A DNA stretch of 32,000 nucleotides from Delftia acidovorans NBRC 14950 (GTDB lineage Bacteria > Pseudomonadota > Gammaproteobacteria > Burkholderiales > Burkholderiaceae_C): assembly GCF_001598795.1 (NCBI RefSeq), contig NZ_BCZP01000007.1:30001-62000 (forward strand), in the 5' to 3' direction. The stretch's first letter is position 1. Each line of letters starts with the position of its first letter. A program made the translations under genes and the position numbers. The notes below the pieces were generated by a model. The model was not told the origin of the DNA. It worked only from the letters and a program-made list of their open reading frames with translations, and searched no databases. This document shows positions 1 through 6,594 of the stretch, in pieces.

Positions 1-2
1 GC

Positions 3-662
3 ACGCGCATCGAGGGGCTGGACGACAGCCCGGCCGGCCTGGTGCGCGTGACCAGCACCGACTCGATCGCAACCGAATTCCTGCTGCCCGCCATAGAACG
101 CCTGCAGCAGCGCTGGCCCGGCATCCGCGTCGATCTGGAGGTGTCCACGCACATGCTGAACCTGGGCCGCCGCCAGGCCGATATCGCGTTTCGCAACGTT
201 CGCCCCGAGGCACCCGAGCTGGTGGTGCGCCGCGTGGTTGCCTGGCCCGTGGGACTGTTTGCGAGCGCAGCCTACGTGGCGCGCTTTGGCCAGCCGTCGG
301 CAGAGGACGAGTTGCGCGGCCACCACCTCGTGGTCTACGGCCCCTTCCTGGAGCAGCGGCCCGTTCCCACCATGGTCGATGTGCCCGCGCGCCAGGCCCG
401 GATCGCCATGGCCGCCAACTCGAGCCTGCTGGTGCGCAAGGCCGTGGCGGCCGGCATCGGCCTGGGCGAAATGCCCGTGAGCATGGGCGAGCGCGAAGGC
501 CTGCTGCGCATCTGGCCCCAGCGCCAGCGCTCGGACGACTACGAGGTCTGGCAGGTCATGCACCCCGACCTGCAGCGCACGGCCCGGGTGCGCGTCACGG
601 CCGAGTTCCTGGCCCAGGCGCTGGGCCAGACGATCAGCCCTGCTCCAGCAGCACCCGGATGA
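3..662 (+). CDS. LysR-family transcriptional regulator, C-terminal effector-binding domain (5' end lies outside the window)
   Basis: The frame is open from the window edge (TRIEGLDDSPAGLVRVTSTDSIATEFLLP...). The pattern is typical of an LTTR substrate-binding domain (RVDLEVSTHMLNLGRRQADIAFR..., GIGLGEMP). The M at 42 in the ORF track is a GTG inside the frame. The 3' end overlaps the convergent kinase gene by 29 nt. Confidence 0.8.
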   Translation, partial: TRIEGLDDSPAGLVRVTSTDSIATEFLLPAIERLQQRWPGIRVDLEVSTHMLNLGRRQADIAFRNVRPEAPELVVRRVVAWPVGLFASAAYVARFGQPSAEDELRGHHLVVYGPFLEQRPVPTMVDVPARQARIAMAANSSLLVRKAVAAGIGLGEMPVSMGEREGLLRIWPQRQRSDDYEVWQVMHPDLQRTARVRVTAEFLAQALGQTISPAPAAPG

Positions 663-2595
663 GTAGGTGCGGCTGCAGCGGCTTTTCCAGATAGTGGTCA
701 AAGCCTGCCTGCAGCGCCTGGGTGCGGTCCTGCTCCCGGGCAAAGGCGCTGAGCGCCACGATCTTCACCTGTCTTGTTCCGCCAAAGTGAGCGGCCTCCG
801 CTTCGCGCAGGGCCTTGACCAGCTGGAACCCGTCCTTTCCCGGCAGCCCTATGTCGCTGACGATGAGGCTGGGCCACTGCGCCTGGACCAGGGCCATGGC
901 CTGGTCGAAGTTCTCGGCACTCCTGACGGTGGCACCCTGGTCGGTCAGCACCACTTTCAGCATTTCGCTGGTGTCCGCATTGTCTTCAACGATGACGATG
1001 TCCTTGCCTTCCAGGGATTCGCCATTTTCAAGATGCGCATTCATCGGGTCGGCCTGGGAGGCGCTTGCCTCGTGCAGCGGAATCTCCACCCGCATGGTGA
1101 CGCCACGGCCCACGCCTTCGCTGTGGGCACGCACGGTGCCCCCATGCAGCTCCACCAGGTGCTTGACGATGGACAGCCCCAATCCCAGGCCGGAATGGCC
1201 ACGGGTGGCGGGGGCGGAGGCCTGCGAGAAGCGCTCGAAGACATGCGGGAGGAATTCAGGCGCGATGCCCACGCCCTCGTCCGCCACGCTCATCACCAGG
1301 CTTTCGTCCCTGATTTCAAGGCCCACCTTCACCACGCTGCGCGCATTGGAGAACTTGATGGCGTTGGAGACCAGGTTCCACAGGATTTGCTGGAATCGCG
1401 TGACATCGATCCACGCCATGATGTCATCGGACGGCGCCTCGAACTGCAGGGTGATGTTCTTGTCGGCGGCGTTGTCGCGCAACGGCTCCAGGCTTTGCAC
1501 GGCCAATGAGCAGACATTGACCTCCTCGCGGTGCAGATTGAGTTTTCCCGTCGTCAGGCGCGAGATATCCAGAATGTCCGCAATGATGCGGCTTTGTGCC
1601 TTCACGCCTTTCTCGATGGCATCTATGCCCTTCTTGAGCATGGCCTCGCTGAGGTTGGCGCGCTTGAGCAAATGCGTGCCCCCGTTGAGCAGGGACAGCG
1701 GCGTGCGCAGTTCATGCGAAAGCACGGCGACAAAATCATCCTTGGTGCGGCTGATGCGCTCTGCGGCCACGCGCGCCGCCTGCTCCTGCTCCAGCATCTG
1801 CTGGCGCTGCCTCTCGAACTCCAGCGACTCCGTCAGGTCCTGGGCCACGGCCAGGCGGATGCCGGGCTCGATGGGATCGGAGAACTTCCAGGAGATCAGG
1901 CGCTCCTGCCCGTCTGCCTGGAGGATGGGGAACTCGCCGCGCCAGGACTTTTCTGGGTCTTCGGCCAATTGCTGCGCAGCTTTTTCCCGAACGGCCTGCG
2001 GAACAAAGCCGGCCAGCGGTTTGCCCGCCAGGTCGTCAATGCCGCGCTGCAGCAGTGCCTGCGCCTGGGAGTTGGCATCGCTAATCAGGCCGCCGGTGCT
2101 GACCAGCATCATGGCCGCCGGCGCCTGGTCATAGATGGCGCGAAAGCGTGACTCGCTGCGGCGCAGCCCGTCTTCCGCCAGGCGTGCGCGGATCAGGGCA
2201 TGCAGCGTGGCAATCAGCAGCTGCGGCTCCACGGGGTGCACCATGTAGGCGTCGGCCCCTGCGTTGAGGCCCGCCACCTGGTGGTTGCTTTTCACATACT
2301 CGGCCGACAGGTGCACCACGGGAATCAGGCTGGTGTGCCGCGCACCGCGGATGGTGCGGCATACGTCAAAGCCCGAGATATCGGGCAAGTGCACATCCAG
2401 CACCACGGCTGCCACGCCGGTCTCCGACAGGGCAATGGCCTTTTCCCCGGTTTCCGCCTCGACCGTCTGGAATCCCGCCGCCCTGATGACCCGTGCCGTG
2501 GAGTAGCGCGTGGCAGGGTTGTCATCAACGACAAGAATGGTGTGCAGGCTTCGGTCGAATGAGGGAAGAATCATTCCAGTCGTGTTCTTGGGCAT
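634..2595 (-). CDS. Hybrid sensor histidine kinase/response regulator (REC-PAS-HisKA-HATPase_c-REC)
   Basis: N-terminal receiver (ILVVDDNPATR...VVLDVHLPDISG). PAS-like segment (FRAIYDQAPAAMMLVS). H-box SHELRTPL. N and G boxes (WNLVSNAIKFS, DEGVGI, GLGLGLSIVKHLVELHGG). C-terminal receiver (IVIVEDNADT...IVSDIGLPGKDG...KP). ATG at 2595 is preceded by AGGA. Confidence 0.9.
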   Translation of the reverse strand: MPKNTTGMILPSFDRSLHTILVVDDNPATRYSTARVIRAAGFQTVEAETGEKAIALSETGVAAVVLDVHLPDISGFDVCRTIRGARHTSLIPVVHLSAEYVKSNHQVAGLNAGADAYMVHPVEPQLLIATLHALIRARLAEDGLRRSESRFRAIYDQAPAAMMLVSTGGLISDANSQAQALLQRGIDDLAGKPLAGFVPQAVREKAAQQLAEDPEKSWRGEFPILQADGQERLISWKFSDPIEPGIRLAVAQDLTESLEFERQRQQMLEQEQAARVAAERISRTKDDFVAVLSHELRTPLSLLNGGTHLLKRANLSEAMLKKGIDAIEKGVKAQSRIIADILDISRLTTGKLNLHREEVNVCSLAVQSLEPLRDNAADKNITLQFEAPSDDIMAWIDVTRFQQILWNLVSNAIKFSNARSVVKVGLEIRDESLVMSVADEGVGIAPEFLPHVFERFSQASAPATRGHSGLGLGLSIVKHLVELHGGTVRAHSEGVGRGVTMRVEIPLHEASASQADPMNAHLENGESLEGKDIVIVEDNADTSEMLKVVLTDQGATVRSAENFDQAMALVQAQWPSLIVSDIGLPGKDGFQLVKALREAEAAHFGGTRQVKIVALSAFAREQDRTQALQAGFDHYLEKPLQPHLLIRVLLEQG

Positions 2596-2640
2596 GATGT
2601 TCCTGTTGTTTTTGATGGGATGAAGACCGGCTTGGCCGTA

Positions 2641-3501
2641 TCAGGCCTTCAGATCCTTGGTATCGACCGGAAGATGCGCGGGAACGATCACGGAAAAGGT
2701 CGAGCCTTCGCCCAGGGCGCTTTGCACTTCCACCCAGCCCCCCAGAAGCTGTGCCAGCTGCTTGGACAGGGCCAGGCCCAGGCCCGTGCCCCGCAGGCGC
2801 TTCTGGATGGGTGAATCGACCTGGGTGAAGTCATTGAAAATCGCGTCGTGGAATTCCGAGGCGATGCCTATGCCGGTATCCGCCACCGAAAATTTCACCA
2901 GCATGTCCCCCACCAGCTCTGCCGACACCTTGATCTCGCCCTGCGGCGTGAATTTCAGTGCATTGGAGATGAAGTTTCTGAGGATCTGCGAGAGCTTGCG
3001 GTTGTCGGTGTAGAAGCGCGGCAGATCACCGGGCTCTTCGAACACCAGGCTCAACTCCACGTTGTCCGCCATGGCCTTGAACATGCCGCGCAAGGCGGCA
3101 AACAAATCCATCATCTCGAACCAGCCCGGCGAGATTTCCAGGCGGCCCGCCTCGATCTTGGCCAGGTCGAGCAGGTCGTTGACCATCTCGGAAAACTCGG
3201 CGGCGGTTTCCTGGATGAAGCCGACCTGCCGGGTCTGCTCGGTGGTGAGCGGTCCATCCACATGGTCCAGCAGCAGGCGCGCATTGCTGCGGATGGCGCC
3301 TATGGGCGTGCGGAACTCATGGCTCATGTAGGAGAGGAAATGGCTCTTGAGTTCGGTGGCCTTGCGCAGCTTCTCGGCCTGCACATCCAGCTCGCCGTAG
3401 AGCGCGACCACGCCGCGATTGGTCTCGTCCAGCTCCTCGCGCAAGGACCTGATCTCGGCGCGGCACAGTTCCAGTTCAGCTTTGAGATCGTCTTCGTTCA
3501 T
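2641..3501 (-). CDS. Soluble histidine kinase without TM or sensor domain (N-terminal coiled coil-HisKA-HATPase_c)
   Basis: Coiled-coil N-terminus (EDDLKAELELCRAEIRSLREELDETNRG). H-box SHEFRTPIGAI. N box RNFISNALKFT. G boxes ADTGIGI and GTGLGLALSKQL. The start ATG overlaps the stop of the upstream gene (ATGA at 3498-3501). Confidence 0.9.
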   Translation of the reverse strand: MNEDDLKAELELCRAEIRSLREELDETNRGVVALYGELDVQAEKLRKATELKSHFLSYMSHEFRTPIGAIRSNARLLLDHVDGPLTTEQTRQVGFIQETAAEFSEMVNDLLDLAKIEAGRLEISPGWFEMMDLFAALRGMFKAMADNVELSLVFEEPGDLPRFYTDNRKLSQILRNFISNALKFTPQGEIKVSAELVGDMLVKFSVADTGIGIASEFHDAIFNDFTQVDSPIQKRLRGTGLGLALSKQLAQLLGGWVEVQSALGEGSTFSVIVPAHLPVDTKDLKA

Positions 3502-4541
3502 TGCTCTTCCTCGGCCTTGAGGACGACCACGGTGGCGTCATCCCTGCTGCGGGTGTTGTGCCAGAGAAGGCAGGCAGCCAGCAGGCCGGGGTCCCTGCCC
3601 AGCAGGCCCGCATAGTCCCCATGCTTCCAGCGGGCGGACACGCCGTCGGAGTGCAGCACCAGAACGCCATGGTCAAGGCTGGAGCAGTCGGCCACCCTGG
3701 GCCGCGAGATCTGTACACCTGCCGTGCCGTGCTGGCTGCTCAGGGAAAGGCTGGCCACGCCATTGAAAAGCCTGCCACTGATGTTTCCCGCACCGCAGCT
3801 GTGCACGCCCTGTGCGCCGAAGCGCACCGCCAACAGGGCCGCCCCGCGCGTGCCACGCAGCGCTGCATGGGCCTGGGCCACGAACTCCTCCAGCGGCATG
3901 GCGGCATAGGCACCGCCGTTCCCGTTCCCATTCCAGTTCTGCGACGCAAAGACATCGACCGCCGCCCGGGCCGCCTCGCCCGCCAGCGGTCCATGGCCCA
4001 GGCCATCGACCACCAGCACCTCGGCCAGCCCCGCGCCCGACCTGACCGCCCAGGCGTCGCCGCTGATGGTCTCGGGCGCCACGGCCAGGCAAACGGCGCC
4101 CATGCGCAGCGACAGTGCCGACGGCGCCCTGCGGCCTTTGCGCAGCCGCGCCAGGCTCACCGTGCCGGTGGCTTCAGAGACGACAAAGAAGTCGTCGGCC
4201 ACCCTGGAGATGGCCCCCAGGCCCGTGCCCGGCGAGCCCGAGCCGGTGCTCACCCCGTCCTGCATGGCGGTGGCAATGTCCTCGATGCCCGGGCCGCGGT
4301 CGACACAGATGATTTCGATGTCATGCAGGGGCGGCCGCGCGGCTATCCAGATTTCAGCGTCCCGGGCATGCCGCACCAGGTTGGTGGCCAGCTCGGTCGC
4401 CACCAGCCCCGAACGGCCCATGTCCTCGTCGCCCCAGCCCATGTCGGAGGCCAGTGCAACCACATGGCGCCTGACCTCACCCACACGGCTCGCATCGCCT
4501 ATTGGAAATGAACGATGGGTCCAGCCCCGGATTACTTCCAC
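3498..4541 (-). CDS. Fusion protein: RsbT/RsbW-like HATPase Ser/Thr-kinase domain + RsbX-like PP2C (SpoIIE-family) phosphatase
   Basis: N-terminal half has GHKL kinase boxes (ATELATNLVRHA, VDRGPGI, GTGLGAISR). C-terminal half matches RsbX/SpoIIE motifs (ISGDAW, VVDGLGHG, RGAALLAVRF, LHSDGVS, RDDATVVVL). The start is GTG at 4541 and overlaps the rsbT stop by 10 nt. Confidence 0.85.
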   Translation of the reverse strand: MEVIRGWTHRSFPIGDASRVGEVRRHVVALASDMGWGDEDMGRSGLVATELATNLVRHARDAEIWIAARPPLHDIEIICVDRGPGIEDIATAMQDGVSTGSGSPGTGLGAISRVADDFFVVSEATGTVSLARLRKGRRAPSALSLRMGAVCLAVAPETISGDAWAVRSGAGLAEVLVVDGLGHGPLAGEAARAAVDVFASQNWNGNGNGGAYAAMPLEEFVAQAHAALRGTRGAALLAVRFGAQGVHSCGAGNISGRLFNGVASLSLSSQHGTAGVQISRPRVADCSSLDHGVLVLHSDGVSARWKHGDYAGLLGRDPGLLAACLLWHNTRSRDDATVVVLKAEEEQ

Positions 4542-4912
4542 TTGGTGATACTCACTCGTGTGCCCTGGCCCAGCTCGGTTTCTATCTTGAAATCATTCAC
4601 CAGCCGCTTGCTTCCCGGCAGGCCCAGGCCCATTCCCGTGCCGGTGGTGAAACCATCGGTCATGGCCATTTTCAGATCCTTGATTCCAGGCCCTGTGTCT
4701 TCAAAAATCAATTGCAAGGCCTGTTTTCCATTGACTTCGATGATGGCCCAGTTCATGTGGCCACCTTTTCCATGAATCAGCGTATTGCGGGACAGCTCGC
4801 TTGCAGCGGTAATCATCTTTGTCTGATCGACCAGCGAGAACTTCAGCATCTGGCAAAGCGAGCGCACCGTTTGGCGCGTGGCAACAATCTGCTGCTCGTT
4901 TTGTAACGGCAT
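4532..4912 (-). CDS. rsbT: RsbT-like anti-sigma regulatory factor / stressosome Ser/Thr kinase
   Basis: Aligns along its whole length with Bacillus RsbT as I remember it (AASELSRNTLIHGKGG, EDTGPGIKDLKMAMTDGFTTGTGMGLGLPGSKRL, ITKWK). I chose ATG 4912. The alternative TTG 4936 (the track start) would overlap the rsbS stop. Confidence 0.85.
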   Translation of the reverse strand: MPLQNEQQIVATRQTVRSLCQMLKFSLVDQTKMITAASELSRNTLIHGKGGHMNWAIIEVNGKQALQLIFEDTGPGIKDLKMAMTDGFTTGTGMGLGLPGSKRLVNDFKIETELGQGTRVSITKWK

Positions 4913-4925
4913 TTGGCCGCTGCGA

Positions 4926-5300
4926 TCATGTTCCAAGGGTGGCTCCCGACTGCTGGGCCCGCAAAAGGGCCAATCCCCTCTCGACGGTCATCGCCGTCCT
5001 GACCCCGCCAAGGGACAGGCCCAACTCCACCAGGGTGATTGCAACGGCAGGCTGCATGCCCACCACGACGGTGGCGGCAGACAGGATGCGGGCAATGCCC
5101 GAGATGGTCACCAGCATGCGCCCGACGAAGGAGTCCACCACCTCCAGCGCCGAGATATCGATCATGACGCCGCTGGCGCCCGTGCTCGCGATGCGCTCGG
5201 CCAGGTCGTCCTGGAGCGCCAGCGCCGTCTGGTCCTGCATGTCGATCTGGATGGAAACCAGCAGCACATCGCCCATGCGCAGGATTGGAATGCGGTCCAT
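4926..5300 (-). CDS. rsbS: RsbS-like STAS-domain stressosome scaffold protein
   Basis: MDRIPILRMGDVLLVSIQIDMQDQTALALQDDL...VMIDISALEVVDSF...GMQPAVAITLVELGL closely parallels B. subtilis RsbS, including the conserved VDSF serine. ATG verified at 5298-5300. The longer track ORF (to 5435) is an unsupported upstream extension. Confidence 0.9.
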   Translation of the reverse strand: MDRIPILRMGDVLLVSIQIDMQDQTALALQDDLAERIASTGASGVMIDISALEVVDSFVGRMLVTISGIARILSAATVVVGMQPAVAITLVELGLSLGGVRTAMTVERGLALLRAQQSGATLGT

Positions 5301-5307
5301 GGATGGC

Positions 5308-6150
5308 TCACTCCTGTGTCTGGCGGGTGATGCGCCAGCCGGTCTTGCCCATGGCCAGCTTGAGCGCCTCGGCCAGCGTGGCCTTGGTGGTGATGTCGCG
5401 CATGTCGATGCCCAGGTGCACGATGGTCTGGGCAATCTGGGGCCTGATGCCGCTGATGATGCATTCCGCGCCCATCAGGCGAATGGCCGTCACGGTACGC
5501 AGCAGGTGCTGGGCCACCAGCGTGTCCACCGTCGGCACGCCGGTGATGTCGATGATGGCCAGCTCCGACTCGGTCGACACCAGGCTTTGCAACAGGGATT
5601 CCATCACCACCTGGGTGCGGTTGCTGTCCAGCGTGCCGATCAGCGGAATGGCCAGCACCCCCTCCCACAGCTTGACGACGGGGGTGGACAGCTCCAGCAA
5701 TTCTTCCTGCTGGCGGATGATGATCTCCTCGCGTGCCTGCTGGAAGCTGCTGACCGTGTGCTGGGCCATGTTGTCCACCAGCACGGTGGCCTTCCAGATT
5801 TCCTGGATGGCCGCTGCAGGATCGCCCGACAGCCCGCGCTGGATGTGTGCGAACAGCGGCTTTTTCAGCGACAGGATGAACTGGCTGGTTTCACCGGCAC
5901 GCTGGCCCTGGGCGGCGCGGGTGCGGGACAGCTCGGCCAGCAGGCGCCGCGCGGGATTCCAGCCCTCGTCCGAAAACCTTTGCGGATCGGCGCCGGAGGC
6001 GAAGGCGCCCACAATGGCGTTGATAATCCCGCGCGCTTCTTTTTCAGCATTCTTTCCAAGCGTGGAATCACCCATGCTGGCCTGGGCCATCCAATCATGG
6101 ATCAAGGCATCAATATCATTTTGGAGTGTTTGCTGGATAATTCCGGTCAT
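5308..6150 (-). CDS. rsbR: RsbR-like stressosome sensor protein (N-terminal non-haem-globin-like sensor domain + STAS)
   Basis: The C-terminal STAS domain (ELSTPVVKLWEGVLAIPLIGTLDSNRTQVVMESLL...IIDITGVPTVDTLVAQHLL...SGIRPQIAQTIVHLGID) is near-colinear with B. subtilis RsbRA, including both phospho-threonine contexts. ATG verified at 6148-6150. The track start at 6231 is a TTG in AT-rich leader sequence. Confidence 0.9.
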   Translation of the reverse strand: MTGIIQQTLQNDIDALIHDWMAQASMGDSTLGKNAEKEARGIINAIVGAFASGADPQRFSDEGWNPARRLLAELSRTRAAQGQRAGETSQFILSLKKPLFAHIQRGLSGDPAAAIQEIWKATVLVDNMAQHTVSSFQQAREEIIIRQQEELLELSTPVVKLWEGVLAIPLIGTLDSNRTQVVMESLLQSLVSTESELAIIDITGVPTVDTLVAQHLLRTVTAIRLMGAECIISGIRPQIAQTIVHLGIDMRDITTKATLAEALKLAMGKTGWRITRQTQE

Positions 6151-6351
6151 AGATATTTGCTGGATTTCAAATAAATTATTCGTTGAGGCTGCCAGGGAAC
6201 TGCATTGGTGAAAATACAGCTGGTGTACCAACCATATTTTTCTACAGATTATTCACTGATGCCCTCGTCACGCGAGACACAATTTGTAATATCAAATGGC
6301 ATCTTCCTGTAAGGGTTTTTCGACAGATGCATGTCCGCCAAGCAGCCACCT

Positions 6352-6380
6352 GGTCAGCAAGCCCCGGTCAGCAAGCTCCC
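6352..6380. repeat. Tandem direct repeat GGTCAGCAAGC(C/T)CC(C) x2, followed by a degenerate third copy (GGTACGCAGCC)
   Basis: Read directly: ggtcagcaagcccc (6352-6365), ggtcagcaagctccc (6366-6380), then ggtacgcagcc (6381-6391). Confidence 0.7.
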
Positions 6381-6504
6381 GGTACGCAGCCACGGGGGAC
6401 GTGGGCACGCCGGCTCCGCCCTTCTTGGAGGGCGGAACCGGCACCGGAAGCAGCCCGCAACCCGTGTGCTCACAGGTTTTTTCATCCGTCAAACTGCGCA
6501 ATAT

Positions 6505-6530
6505 ATGCCCTTGAAAAATCCCAAGGGCAT
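6505..6530. promoter_or_regulatory. Perfect inverted repeat ATGCCCTTG-N8-CAAGGGCAT, 65-90 nt upstream of the pentapeptide-repeat gene start (operator or 5'-UTR hairpin)
   Basis: Arms at 6505-6513 and 6522-6530 are exact reverse complements; the loop is aaaaatcc. There is no U-tract after it, so it is not a classical terminator. Confidence 0.5.
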
Positions 6531-6594
6531 TTCACACCTGCGCGCGGCAAGGCCATACACTGCCCAGCCTTTCTGAAATACGCCATGCCTGATA

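Larger units (their letters stand above)
6151..6594. promoter_or_regulatory. 444-bp AT-richer divergent intergenic region between rsbR and the pentapeptide-repeat gene; presumed promoters and operators
   Basis: Largest non-coding gap in the window. The 60 nt at 6121-6180 contain only 19 G+C. It holds tandem direct repeats (6352-6380), a GC hairpin (6425-6446) and a perfect 9-bp-arm palindrome (6505-6530). I could not assign -35/-10 boxes confidently. Confidence 0.5.

Noticed and set aside
634-662. 29-nt overlap of the 3' ends of the convergent LysR and hybrid-kinase genes
   Set aside because: The overlap is real in the sequence. Short convergent overlaps are common in compact high-GC genomes, and I see no structure suggesting a special regulatory role.
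6440-6482. Possible intrinsic terminator ending in the T6 run (caggttttttc)
   Set aside because: The sequence just upstream of the T run forms only a weak, bulged stem (ACC..TGTG/CACAGGT) with a 2-nt loop, and no gene ends nearby.
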